Source: Gammaproteobacteria bacterium
GTDB taxonomy: Bacteria > Pseudomonadota > Gammaproteobacteria > Ga0077536
Length of the DNA stretch: 64,000 nt
Direction of reading: 5' to 3'
Assembly (NCBI GenBank): GCA_965217605.1
Contig: CBDCJB010000017.1
Coordinates: 142,677 to 206,676, forward strand
Under the pieces are notes generated by a model that had not been told where the DNA came from, did not search any database, and was given only the letters and a program-made list of their open reading frames with translations. Shown here in pieces: positions 26,665 to 35,847 of this stretch. The number at the start of each line of letters is the position of its first letter. The first letter of the stretch is position 1. The translations under genes and the position numbers were made by a program.

Positions 26665-28149
26665 ATGACCGAACCCGGACCGCTGGCGGGACTCGGCCGA
26701 CGCATGGCGAGGGGGGCAGCGTGGACCGTCGCGTTGCGCGTAGCGGTTCGTGGGCTCGGACTGTTAAGCACCATCATCCTCGCCCGCCTGCTGGTTCCAG
26801 CGGATTTCGGTTTGATTGCCCTTGCGACCTTACTCGCGGCCTCGCTCGAGTTACTTAGCGCATTCAACTTTCGCATTTGGCTGCTCCGCCACCCCAACCC
26901 CGAGCGCGAGCACTACGACACCGTGTGGACGCTGTCCATCATCAGGGGTGCCCTGACCTGCGTGGGACTATGGCTTCTCGCCCATCCTGCCGGCGCGTTT
27001 TTTAACGAGCCGCGACTTGCCGATGTGGTCATGATCCTGGGCGTCGCCACGGCGGTGGGTGCATTTCAGAACGTCGGCATTATCGATTTCCAGAAATATC
27101 TCGATTTCGACAAGGATTTTCGGCTCTTGCTCGGCGTCCGGTTCGGCTCGTTCATCGTCACCGTTAGTCTCGCATTCTGGCTACGCACGTACTGGGCGCT
27201 GGTTGCCGGACTGGCCGCCATTCAGTTATTGACCCTGATACTCAGCTACACCATGCACTCGTTTCGCCCGCGGTTATCGTTGCGGCGCTGGCGTGAGGCA
27301 TTCGACTTCTCAAAATGGCTTTTGGTCGGCAACCTTTTGCTGTTCCTGTACACGCGAGCCGATACCTTCATTCTCGGCAGGCTGGTCAACAGTCAGCTCT
27401 TGGGCCTGTATACGATGGCACACGAGATCGCCGAACTCGCGACATCCGAGCTCGTCGAGCCGCTTCGTCGCGTGATGCTCCCCGGTTACGCCCAGATGAT
27501 GGTCGATACGCCCGCTCTCAAGCGGGGTTTTGTGGATGGATTTGCCCTGGTTTTGCTAATCGGGTTCCCGTGCGCGGCCGGCATCGGCCTGACTGCCGAT
27601 CCGGTGGTGCGGGTACTACTCGGCGAGAAGTGGCTCGAGTCGATCCCATTGATACAGATTCTCGTCGTCTACGGACTTGCGTCCGTAGCGTTGGCCAACC
27701 AGGGGCCGATTTTGCTCGCACTCGGGTACACGCGTCTACTCACCGCGCTCACCGCGATTGGGCTGGCCATCATCGTGCCCGCGTTCACCTGGGCAAGTAC
27801 CCGTTTCGGGCTGTCGGGCGGCGCCTGGGCGGTGGGCGTCACGCACATGGCGATGCAATCGCTCACGTTGGCAATGACGTTGCGGGTTTTGCATATTCCG
27901 GCCCGGGACGTGTTGCGAGATACTTGGCGAATCGCGGCTGCGACCTCGGTCATGACGCTTTCGGTACTTGCAGTGCAAGCCGGGCTCGAGGACGTGGAAG
28001 ACGGGCCGGTCGCGATGCTGGCCATGAGCGTCGTAACCGGCGCGATCGCCTACGCCGCGACGGTCCTCGCGCTGTGGCACTTCTGCGGTCGCCCCAAGGG
28101 ACCCGAGCACTTGGTGGTGGCGTTCGTCCGCGAGCGCTTGGATAAATGA
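26665..28149 (+). CDS. MOP-superfamily polysaccharide-biosynthesis/PST-family flippase-like transporter
   Basis: 494 aa, ~12-14 predicted TM helices. N-terminal AAWTVALRVAVRGLGLLSTIILARLL is typical of Wzx/PST flippases. Divergent from the NRPS. Confidence 0.65.
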   Translation: MTEPGPLAGLGRRMARGAAWTVALRVAVRGLGLLSTIILARLLVPADFGLIALATLLAASLELLSAFNFRIWLLRHPNPEREHYDTVWTLSIIRGALTCVGLWLLAHPAGAFFNEPRLADVVMILGVATAVGAFQNVGIIDFQKYLDFDKDFRLLLGVRFGSFIVTVSLAFWLRTYWALVAGLAAIQLLTLILSYTMHSFRPRLSLRRWREAFDFSKWLLVGNLLLFLYTRADTFILGRLVNSQLLGLYTMAHEIAELATSELVEPLRRVMLPGYAQMMVDTPALKRGFVDGFALVLLIGFPCAAGIGLTADPVVRVLLGEKWLESIPLIQILVVYGLASVALANQGPILLALGYTRLLTALTAIGLAIIVPAFTWASTRFGLSGGAWAVGVTHMAMQSLTLAMTLRVLHIPARDVLRDTWRIAAATSVMTLSVLAVQAGLEDVEDGPVAMLAMSVVTGAIAYAATVLALWHFCGRPKGPEHLVVAFVRERLDK

Positions 28150-28218
28150 CCGCTGTCGGAAATACACGCGGGTGACGTCATGCTCGACGCGGTAGCCACA
28201 ACTCAGAAAAACGAATAG

Positions 28219-29907
28219 ATGGCTGCGAACGACCCTAGCGCATCGACTCGCGCCGATGACACGCCGCTCTATCGGCTAGTGAGGCACCGCATTCCCCGCG
28301 GCGCGACCGATTTTGACAAACGGTATCCGGTCCTTTTTCTGTGGATACGAATATGCGCGTTGCTCGCCATTTACGTACTCGTCGACTACTTCTTTCGCCG
28401 CGCCGGGCACCTTGCTGGGGCCGCTTATGAACAGCCTTTGCTGATCCCCGAGGTCTTGAAGCGGATAGGGCTCCTGCCCGGCGGCATTCTGGCAGTGGGG
28501 TTGGTATTGCTCCTTCGATTCGGCTCGCTTACGAGCCCTTGGACGTCGCTGGAATTCGGCTTGCAAATTCGCGTGCTCATCGTCTTCCTCGCGGCGTTGA
28601 TGGCCTGGCCGCTCGCTACCTACGGGTATAACTATTACTTCGATCAAGGCCACTACTTCGATCGCGCACTGGTCGTCGTTCTCGTGCCATTGATTTACTA
28701 CCGCCCGATTTTCATTTATCCGTTTCTACTCGTCGCCTTCCCTTTGATGTGGCAGTTTCATCAACCCGCCATCAGTGCCGGAGCGCACCTTGCACATAAG
28801 CTGCAGGTCTTGCACGTCCTAACCCTGTTCGCGGCCGTCTTTTTGATCCATGCCGTTACCGGAAACCGCCGAATGCAAGGGTTCTTCTTTCTTACCTGTT
28901 GCCTGGTGGCAGCCGCGTATTGGGTGCCGGCACTTACGAAGATCGAGCGCAATTGGGTCACCTATGGTCATTTGTACCGGATGCCGCTGGCTGCTTACGC
29001 GCATGGTTGGCTCGCCTTTCTCGAGCCGTCGACCATCGTTCGCTTCGCCAAGGCCGTAGCCTGGTTTGATTGGCCGATGCGGATTTTTACGCTGGTGGTC
29101 GAGGGCGGCTGCCTGCTCTTTCTGTGGCGCCGATCGGTATCCATCGCGCTCCTCATTGGCGTAATCGTCTTTCATCTCGGAGTCTTTGCGCTTTACGGAT
29201 ATTTGATGTGGACCTGGATCCTGCTCGATGTCGCCTTGTTGATCGTCCTCGTTCGAGATTGGTCAGCGTGCAAGATTGACATCTACAGCCGCCACCATCT
29301 AATCATCTCCGCGCTCTTCATCGGGTTCGCCAGCTACTGGTGCAGCCCCTCGAGCCTGGGGTGGTACGACACGCGGATCACCTATAACTATCGCTATGAG
29401 GTGGTGGGCGAAAGTGGCAAGCGGTATACGCTGCATGGAAGGTTTTTAGAGCCGTATGGCGATCCCTTGACGATGAGCAACTTCGGGTACCTCCCGGAAG
29501 ACCACAGCTTGCTCGTCTATCCCTATGGAATCACGGGAAATCGCTTGATCGCTGAGCGTCTGACAGAGACCAAGACCGCCGAGGAAGTCTTCGCACTAGA
29601 AGCGGAACTGGGCGATCGCCGACACGATACCGAACGCGCCGCGCAGTTCTACGGGTTCATCACCCGCTATCTCACCAACTGGAACGCGCGGGGCGAGAAG
29701 GCGGTGGCGCTTTATGCCCTACATCCTCCGGTGCAGTTTTGGAGCTCCGGGCGCGGCGAGGTCTATCGAGGCGCAGAGCCGATTAGAGAGGTGTCGATCA
29801 AAGAGGTCACCACTTTATTCGACGAGGACCGCCTGATCGAGATCCGCTCGCTCGAACTCGCAAAGCTCCCCATTCCGACGCATGGCTCGCCCCTGAAGAA
29901 GCAGTAG
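28219..29907 (+). CDS. large integral membrane protein of unknown function with C-terminal soluble domain
   Basis: 562 aa. Multiple hydrophobic segments in the first ~380 aa, followed by a hydrophilic ~170 aa tail. No recognisable catalytic motif. Confidence 0.45.
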   Translation: MAANDPSASTRADDTPLYRLVRHRIPRGATDFDKRYPVLFLWIRICALLAIYVLVDYFFRRAGHLAGAAYEQPLLIPEVLKRIGLLPGGILAVGLVLLLRFGSLTSPWTSLEFGLQIRVLIVFLAALMAWPLATYGYNYYFDQGHYFDRALVVVLVPLIYYRPIFIYPFLLVAFPLMWQFHQPAISAGAHLAHKLQVLHVLTLFAAVFLIHAVTGNRRMQGFFFLTCCLVAAAYWVPALTKIERNWVTYGHLYRMPLAAYAHGWLAFLEPSTIVRFAKAVAWFDWPMRIFTLVVEGGCLLFLWRRSVSIALLIGVIVFHLGVFALYGYLMWTWILLDVALLIVLVRDWSACKIDIYSRHHLIISALFIGFASYWCSPSSLGWYDTRITYNYRYEVVGESGKRYTLHGRFLEPYGDPLTMSNFGYLPEDHSLLVYPYGITGNRLIAERLTETKTAEEVFALEAELGDRRHDTERAAQFYGFITRYLTNWNARGEKAVALYALHPPVQFWSSGRGEVYRGAEPIREVSIKEVTTLFDEDRLIEIRSLELAKLPIPTHGSPLKKQ

Positions 29908-29961
29908 AACTTCGGGATCGAAGCAACCCTCGCTTGGCTAGCTACCGGCTTCGTAACCACG

Positions 29962-31299
29962 CTATGACCCGAATCCGCCTGTTTTCATGAGGTAAGCCGC
30001 GATCGATTCGGCGAACAATCGATGCCCGGTGAAATTAAAGTGCATATCGCGATGAAAATATATCGACTCTCCGCGTGCAAATGCGCTGCGAAAATCCGGC
30101 ACTGGATTGATCAATTCGATGTCGTTTGACGACGCGAACTCAGTGATGAGACGGTATGGCTTTGCCAGGTCGAAGTCGCTCTCTTCGTAAATCGTGTATG
30201 CGATGGAGTGCTGAAGGGCTTTCGGATCCACGGTTTGAAGTGCCGGGATCAGCGCCACCACCAGTCTCATCCCGTGGCGCTCCGAAAGCGCCTTTAGATC
30301 GAGGAGCTCGGATTGCAATCGACGCATCGCGCTATCGAGTGTCGCCGGATACTCCCGCAATGCCGGAACGAGATTCGTATCGGTTTCCTCAAACCTCAGC
30401 AGACGGTCCTTGATTCCGATCTTGACCAGCAACCGCACGACATCCTTATTGGTGTTCAACCGGTCCGCTACGAAGCTATAGAGAACAACGTGGTCGTTTA
30501 AGAAAGTTTTCAACCGGTTGAATCCTCCGCGGGGCGGTTCGTCAACTTGGGTGGGGATCGTCATGCCCGGTAGTTTCGGGGGAGAACCCGTGCCCAGAAG
30601 AATATCGTTTTGCGCCACGGCGACCAACAGAATGTCCGGATCGAAACGTGCGCCCTCCCGCGCGAAATACCTGATTTCCTGTTTTAAGTTATATCCGGTG
30701 ACGCCCAGATTGATGACTTCCGTGTTGGGAAGGATTGATTCGAGGATCTCGGTGAAAATTTCGTCGTCATTGACGCCGTATCCCCACGTAAAGGAATCGC
30801 CCACGGCGACGATTCGCACGACGCCATCCGGCTTCGCCTCGTCATACTCGCGGTCGCGGAGACCGCGCGAGTTGGTCGTAAACGAAGACGAGAAGCTGCC
30901 GGCGCGAACATGAATCCCCGCAGCGTTCGGGCGCGGTGTCCACCAGAGCTCGTCGTCGCGCTGATAGTGCCCTGATGGATGCGTGTTGATAGCGTCCACC
31001 TCGACCTGGACCGGCTGATAGACCGCACGCACGACGCCTTCTACGACCGCGAGCGTCACTACCGTGCTCACAAGCAGCAACGACAAGTTCTTGAACGCTG
31101 CCGATAGTCGCATGCGGGCGGGAACCCATCGAGAGATCATCAAACGCCTCCACGGACGTGCCGTCAAACCCGGTACTTCCGCACCCCGACCGTTGCTTTG
31201 CCAAGGCCATGTTGCTACCGCCGGTACCGAATACGCATTCGAAAATTCGGTAAGGACGCCGCCGCAAATACGTGAGATAAAGTCCACAGAACGCGACAC
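29962..31299 (-). CDS. SGNH/GDSL-family hydrolase (membrane-anchored); start uncertain
   Basis: GDS block VAVGDSFTWGYG. Single N-terminal TM (LSLLLVSTVVTLAVV). The first ~60 aa of the track ORF are probably not translated. Confidence 0.6.
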   Translation of the reverse strand: MSRSVDFISRICGGVLTEFSNAYSVPAVATWPWQSNGRGAEVPGLTARPWRRLMISRWVPARMRLSAAFKNLSLLLVSTVVTLAVVEGVVRAVYQPVQVEVDAINTHPSGHYQRDDELWWTPRPNAAGIHVRAGSFSSSFTTNSRGLRDREYDEAKPDGVVRIVAVGDSFTWGYGVNDDEIFTEILESILPNTEVINLGVTGYNLKQEIRYFAREGARFDPDILLVAVAQNDILLGTGSPPKLPGMTIPTQVDEPPRGGFNRLKTFLNDHVVLYSFVADRLNTNKDVVRLLVKIGIKDRLLRFEETDTNLVPALREYPATLDSAMRRLQSELLDLKALSERHGMRLVVALIPALQTVDPKALQHSIAYTIYEESDFDLAKPYRLITEFASSNDIELINPVPDFRSAFARGESIYFHRDMHFNFTGHRLFAESIAAYLMKTGGFGS

Positions 31300-31429
31300 A
31301 GGCGACCGCGCAGCATTCGAACGCTTGGAGTCGTCGGACGTTCTCGCCCAATCTTAGCCACGGAATTTGCGGTTTGTCACAATCGTGCGGTGAATAAAGT
31401 ACCCCGGGCCTCACGGCCGAGGGCACTGC

Positions 31430-32572
31430 TTATTGCTTGATGCGGACCAGTTCGTTCAGAACGCCGTCCAGACCACCGTAGACGGAGATATTGCCGATCT
31501 TCTCGGTCACCTTCTCCAGCGTCCCGAGCTCCTTGAGACGCAGGGCCACGGCGTTCTCATCCATGACCTTGGCGGTGTTCATCAGTGAACGCGTCGCGTT
31601 GGTTTCCTCGCGGCGACGGATCACGTTGGCCTGGGCGGCCTTTTCGGCCTCCACCACCTTGCCCAGGATCTCCTTCATGTCACCCGGCAGGATGATGTCC
31701 TTGACACCGATGCTGCGCACATCGACGCCCAGTGCCGCGAACTTGCCGCGGACATGATCGAACACGGCGCGGTCCACGGCGCCCTTGTCCTCGAGCAGCG
31801 CATCCAGGGTACGCGTACCCACGGCTGCGCGCAGACCGAACTGAACCTCCTTGTACAGGTAGTCCAGCGGGTCCTTCACGGCCTTCACCGCCTCGAGGGC
31901 GTCGGTGAACTGATAGTTCGCGGTCAGGTTGATACGCAGGCTGACCTTGTCCTTGGTCAGGATCTCCTGGCCACTCACCTCCAGCGCCTGAACACGCAGA
32001 TCCATCGGCACGACCGTGATGCCACGGTTGAACTTCCAGAACGCATGCAGGCCCGGCTTGAGCGAACCTACCAGCTCGCCGTCGACGTACAGCAGGCCGA
32101 CGTGGCCCTCCGCTACGACACGGGCGTATACCACTTCGTCCGCAGCGGCGCCGCGGCCGCGCGCAAAGACCATCATGAGCGCCTTCGCGATGCGCGGCTC
32201 GACCACGTAGTCCTCACTGATGTCGATACGCTGAACCTGAACGTCGATGACGCCCTTCCAGTACAGCGCGCGCTGATCCGGACCGATCACGTCGGCCGGA
32301 CGGCGGTTCTCAAAGATCACCGCGACCTCGCTCGCACCGGTCTCGACGACCTCGAACAGCGCCTCCACATCGTCCGCGTAGTCCTTCACGAGGAAGTCCG
32401 TCAGACGATGCTCGAACGCCGGTACCGTGATGTCGAAACGCTCAACCGTGATACGGTGCAGCGGATCGACCTCCCAGTAAGTACCCGGCGCCAGGAAGCG
32501 CACGAAGTCACCCTTGTTGAACATCATGGCGCGCTCGTGCTTACGCACCAGAAACTTACGCATAACCATCAT
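31430..32572 (-). CDS. SPFH/band-7 (stomatin/prohibitin-like, slipin) domain protein
   Basis: Start trimmed to MMVMRK, preceded on the coding strand by AAGGAG 5 nt upstream. Band-7 core (KDKVSLRINLTANYQF...AAQANVIRRRE). The track ORF extension to 32944 runs into the tRNA region. Confidence 0.75.
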   Translation of the reverse strand: MMVMRKFLVRKHERAMMFNKGDFVRFLAPGTYWEVDPLHRITVERFDITVPAFEHRLTDFLVKDYADDVEALFEVVETGASEVAVIFENRRPADVIGPDQRALYWKGVIDVQVQRIDISEDYVVEPRIAKALMMVFARGRGAAADEVVYARVVAEGHVGLLYVDGELVGSLKPGLHAFWKFNRGITVVPMDLRVQALEVSGQEILTKDKVSLRINLTANYQFTDALEAVKAVKDPLDYLYKEVQFGLRAAVGTRTLDALLEDKGAVDRAVFDHVRGKFAALGVDVRSIGVKDIILPGDMKEILGKVVEAEKAAQANVIRRREETNATRSLMNTAKVMDENAVALRLKELGTLEKVTEKIGNISVYGGLDGVLNELVRIKQ

Positions 32573-32833
32573 GGCTTCTCCTTTAAGTTGACGTTGATGA
32601 CACACCACGTTCCTTTGAGCGCGATACCTTGTGGGCCGACTACCGGCCCTCGATGGCGGTTTCCACCGCCGTCGAATTCGATGCCGCGGCGTCCGCGCTA
32701 GGTCGCGGACCGATGGGTCGGGGCGGCCGGATCCGGAGCGGCCCGTGCGCCAGTGTCGCGTCGCGACCGCTGGCACGCGGGTAGTTCCGAACCGGGCGCG
32801 CCCGGCACACCGTCTGCCGGCGTTCGGGAAAAA

Positions 32834-32924
32834 TGGAGGAAGGCAAGGGGATCGAACCCTTACGACCCGTTGCAGGTCATCACGGTTTTCAAAACCGGTA
32901 AGCGCGCCAGCCGTGCGGCCTTCC
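32834..32924 (-). tRNA. tRNA-Ser (anticodon TGA), long variable arm
   Basis: Manual fold of the reverse complement. 7-bp acceptor GGAAGGC/GCCTTCC. Anticodon loop TTTGAAA. T-arm GGGTTCGATCCCC. CCA encoded. Confidence 0.75.
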
Positions 32925-32931
32925 ATGTTCG

Positions 32932-33010
32932 TGGCTGTGGTCACAGAAGACTCGAACCTGTCGCATGCGGGTTAACAGCCCGACTCCCTCACCCGGAGGG
33001 ACCGACCACA
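32932..33010 (-). tRNA. tRNA-Asn (anticodon GTT) with aberrant 9-nt T-loop
   Basis: Acceptor TGTGGTC/GACCACA (U1:A72 and G73 as in known Asn tRNAs). Anticodon loop CTGTTAA. T-stem ACAGG/TCTGT encloses TTCGAGTCT (2 extra nt). Confidence 0.55.
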
Positions 33011-33068
33011 ATAGATTTGGTCGCGGGTACCGGATTCGCACCGGTATTTGCGGGACAGGGCACTAAAT

Positions 33069-33145
33069 TGGTACCCGGTGCAGGGATCGAACCTGCCGCT
33101 TCCTGTTTGTAAGACAGGCACTCTTGCCGAATGAGCTAACCGGGC
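33069..33145 (-). tRNA. tRNA-Val (anticodon TAC)
   Basis: Acceptor GCCCGGT/ACCGGGT. D-arm TAGCTCA. Anticodon loop CTTACAA. T-arm GGTTCGATCC. ACCA 3' end. Confidence 0.75.
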
Positions 33146-33147
33146 TC

Positions 33148-33223
33148 TGGAGCTACACCTCGGAATCGAACCGAGTCCACATGGTTTACAAGACCAGTAT
33201 GCCGCCTCAAACACTTGTGTAGC
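33148..33223 (-). tRNA. tRNA, probable anticodon TGT (Thr); atypical D-arm
   Basis: Acceptor GCTACAC/GTGTAGC. T-arm CTCGGTTCGATTCCGAG. Anticodon loop read as CTTGTAA. The D-loop lacks the canonical A14/G18G19 context, so the identity is tentative. Confidence 0.45.
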
Positions 33224-33257
33224 CTGTGCACTGTTGACGCGTCGAAAAACGCGAGAT

Positions 33258-33330
33258 TGGCACCCCGAGCAGGATTCGAACCTGCACGCTCAGGTGGTTC
33301 GTAGCCACCGATCCAACCGTTGGCCGGGGT
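33258..33330 (-). tRNA. tRNA-like, anticodon ACG (Arg) with truncated D-arm; possibly a tRNA pseudogene
   Basis: Good acceptor ACCCCGG/TCGGGGT. Anticodon arm GGTGG-CTACGAA-CCACC. T-arm GCAGGTTCGAATCCTGC. Only 14 nt between the acceptor and anticodon stems (19 expected). Confidence 0.4.
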
Positions 33331-33426
33331 TTGGGGTGTCGCGAGGGTTCCGCCCCCTCATCTTCACGGGTCACGGCCGTGGGCTTTACTGTTTAAGCTA
33401 GCGACACCATTGATGGAATAAAAATT

Positions 33427-33501
33427 TGGTGGAGACATCGGGGGTCGAACCCAAAATATCTGCGTGCAAGGCAGAGGTGATACCGGTTTCACCATGTCCC
33501 C
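33427..33501 (-). tRNA. tRNA-Ala (anticodon TGC) with G3:U70
   Basis: Acceptor GGGGACA/TGTCTCC gives the G3:U70 Ala identity pair. D-arm GTGA-AACCGGTA-TCAC. Anticodon loop CTTGCAC. T-arm TTGGGTTCGACCCCCGA. ACCA end. Confidence 0.7.
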
Positions 33502-33507
33502 TCGAGT

Positions 33508-33582
33508 TGGTGCACCGGGAAGTTCTCGACTCTCCGACCTCCTGGGCTTCAACCAGGCGCTCTCCATCTGAGCTACCGGCGC
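33508..33582 (-). tRNA. tRNA-Phe (anticodon GAA)
   Basis: Acceptor GCGCCGG/CCGGTGC. D-arm TAGCTCAGATGGAGAGC. Anticodon loop TTGAAGC. The T-arm is slightly irregular (GGAGA-GTCGAGA-ACTTC). Confidence 0.6.
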
Positions 33583-33745
33583 ATATAAATCGACGACACG
33601 AGGGGCAGAGCGCATGCGGCGCCACGCGCGGCCGACGGCCGCACGCCGTGACAACCCTCGGGCGGTTGCACGCTGCCCACCTATATCAAGTCATCCAAAC
33701 TGTTAAAGAGCCTACGAGTAACCGAAGTGATCACTCGCTCGAGGC

Positions 33746-33785
33746 AAAAAAAAGCCCCGATTGAATCAGTCAATCGGGGCTTTTA
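33746..33785 (-). terminator. intrinsic (rho-independent) terminator, bidirectional-capable
   Basis: AAAAAAAA-GCCCCGATTGA-ATCAG-TCAATCGGGGC-TTTT. Perfect 11-bp GC-rich stem flanked by an A-tract and a T-tract. On the minus strand it follows rtcB and precedes the tRNA array. Confidence 0.8.
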
Positions 33786-34101
33786 TCGAGCCTGGTAGAA
33801 AGACTGATCCGGCGCAGCCTTTCAACCTGTTAAGCGAAAGGCTACGTCATAACATTCCTATGATTGGGCAATACAAACCCGTCGTCGCGTGACTCTGCTA
33901 TTGAGCCGCGATCGAAACATTTGTATGCGAGCATGGACATCGAAAGTCGTTGCTTACTTTCGATTCGACTCGCGCCGCGATGCCAAATTTTCAATGTTGT
34001 ATCCATAAGGGTGGCGCACACTACACGCGCTATTTTTATATGTCAATAGGAATTACGGACTGTCCATCAATGGGTAAGTTCAATGAAAGTTTTGCCAAGC
34101 T

Positions 34102-34332
34102 CTACGAGGGACGCGCTTTGCGTTCGGCATCCATTCTCTCAGTCGGATAATAACTGCGCCGTCGCCTGCGCCGCCGCAAATACAGCAGCGTCAAAACGCC
34201 TTGGGTGATGAGGAAAATGGATACGAGCCACAGATAAGGCTCGGCATCGTCCGCGAGCCCGACGTAGATTGCATGTAAGCAGCCGAGGATAACGAGCGTT
34301 ATTGAACCGCCGAATACTGAAGTCCTGAGCAC
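34102..34332 (-). CDS. small hypothetical membrane protein in the low-GC patch
   Basis: 76 aa with one or two hydrophobic helices and an Arg run. Could be spurious. Confidence 0.2.
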   Translation of the reverse strand: MLRTSVFGGSITLVILGCLHAIYVGLADDAEPYLWLVSIFLITQGVLTLLYLRRRRRRRSYYPTERMDAERKARPS

Positions 34333-34597
34333 GACTTGTGGATCTTTCGGTCACGGTCCAAGGCTCTGATAGGTCGATTCAGTCCTTGCACAACGCGCTC
34401 TCCGCTCCCGTAAAGACCGCTATCCCTATATCTATGAGTTATGTGTAAAAGCTTAGCGTCCAATGGTGGTGCCCGTCGCCACTCATATGTGTGATCTCAA
34501 GTTAAGCCGGGTGTGTACTGAGGTGATCCCACCGACCGGACACAATTGTTCACGGCAACGTTAAATCGCGGTAAATGTCGGGTCGGGATCTCGGTCA

Positions 34598-35812
34598 TTA
34601 CCCTTTCACGTTCACGACCTGCCGCAGGCGATGCGCGATCTCGATCAAGTCATCCTGCGCCGCCATCACTGCGCCGATGTCTTTGTAGGCCGCGGGGCTT
34701 TCGTCCAGCACGTCGGCGTCCAGGCGCGCCTCGATTCCCCGCATGGCTTCAGCGTGCGCTTCGACGGCGATCGACTTACGGGCTTGTCCGCGGGACATCA
34801 GCCGGCCCGCGCCGTGGCTACAGGAATGGAATGACTCCGGATTGCCCCTGCCGCGCACGATGAACGACCCGGTTCCCATGCTGCCGGGGATGATGCCGAG
34901 GTCCCCTTCACGGGCTCGGACCGCGCCCTTGCGGGTGACGAGCACGTTCTCGCCGAAGTGGTGCTCGCGTTCCACGTAATTGTGGTGGCAGTTCACGACC
35001 ATGTCGGTGACCTTGAAGGATCGTAACGATTGGCCCATCGCGCGCAACACGGATTGCAGCATGGACTCGCGATTCACGCGGGCGTAATCCTGCGCCCATG
35101 TCACCGCTTGCACGTAATCGTCGAAGAGTTCCGTGTGCTCGACGAGATAGGCGAGATCCTGGTCGGGCAGGAAGCTGTCGATGTGCCAGCGCTGCATCTC
35201 CTCCTTGGCTCGTGCGATGAAATACGTTCCGATCCGGTTTCCGGGGCCGCGGCTGCCGGAATGCAACATGACCCACACGTGGTCGCTTTCGTCGAGGCAG
35301 ACTTCGATGAAGTGGTTTCCCGTCCCGAGCGTGCCGACATGGCGGGCGTCATTGCGAGATCGGGCTTTCGGATGTTTGTCGATGATGAACGCGTAACCGG
35401 CCGACAGCTTTTCCCACTCGGCGGCCATCCGCGCCGGCAATTCACCCCACGCGCCGCGGTCATTCCGACCACCCCGATCGGTACGCCCGTGCGGCACGGC
35501 ACCTTCGATGTCGAGGCGCACTCGATGCAGGTTGTCGGGGAGGTCGTTCGCTGAAAGCGTCGTCTCCGCGGCGACCATGCCGCAACCGATATCCACGCCG
35601 ACCGCCGCCGGGATAATCACGCCTTTCGTCGCAATGACCGATCCGACCGTGGCGCCAACGCCCCAATGCACGTCCGGCATCGCGGCGACGTGCTTGTGAA
35701 TGAACGGCATCGACGCGACATTGCGCAATTGCTGCATGGCCTGATCTTCGATCGGTACGCCCTTCGTCCAGGCCTTGATCGGCTTCCCTTCGTTTTCGTA
35801 GTAGTCGTACAT
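34598..35812 (-). CDS. rtcB: RtcB-family RNA 3'-phosphate ligase
   Basis: 404 aa. Start MYDYYENEGKPIKAWTKGVPIEDQAMQQLRNVASMPFIHKHVAAMPDVHWGVGATVGSV. Conserved His/Cys metal-site context and a conserved C-terminal RtcB-like segment. Confidence 0.9.
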   Translation of the reverse strand: MYDYYENEGKPIKAWTKGVPIEDQAMQQLRNVASMPFIHKHVAAMPDVHWGVGATVGSVIATKGVIIPAAVGVDIGCGMVAAETTLSANDLPDNLHRVRLDIEGAVPHGRTDRGGRNDRGAWGELPARMAAEWEKLSAGYAFIIDKHPKARSRNDARHVGTLGTGNHFIEVCLDESDHVWVMLHSGSRGPGNRIGTYFIARAKEEMQRWHIDSFLPDQDLAYLVEHTELFDDYVQAVTWAQDYARVNRESMLQSVLRAMGQSLRSFKVTDMVVNCHHNYVEREHHFGENVLVTRKGAVRAREGDLGIIPGSMGTGSFIVRGRGNPESFHSCSHGAGRLMSRGQARKSIAVEAHAEAMRGIEARLDADVLDESPAAYKDIGAVMAAQDDLIEIAHRLRQVVNVKG

Positions 35813-35847
35813 ATTCGGACGCTTTTACAGCGCGAGGTACGCCGTGA

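Noticed and set aside
26289-26897. 202-aa minus-strand ORF spanning the NRPS/flippase divergent intergenic region and the flippase start
   Set aside because: Ser/Arg/Ala-rich low-complexity translation. It overlaps the well-supported flippase N-terminus, and the region is more plausibly a divergent promoter.
31754-32701. 315-aa plus-strand ORF opposite the SPFH/band-7 gene
   Set aside because: Antisense to a gene with a clear SD-ATG start and band-7 motifs. Composition is Leu/Arg/His/Val junk.
32573-32944. N-terminal 124-codon extension of the SPFH ORF running into the tRNA-Ser gene
   Set aside because: An internal ATG with a perfect AAGGAG SD gives a normal-length band-7 protein. The extension is Arg/Pro-rich and overlaps a tRNA.
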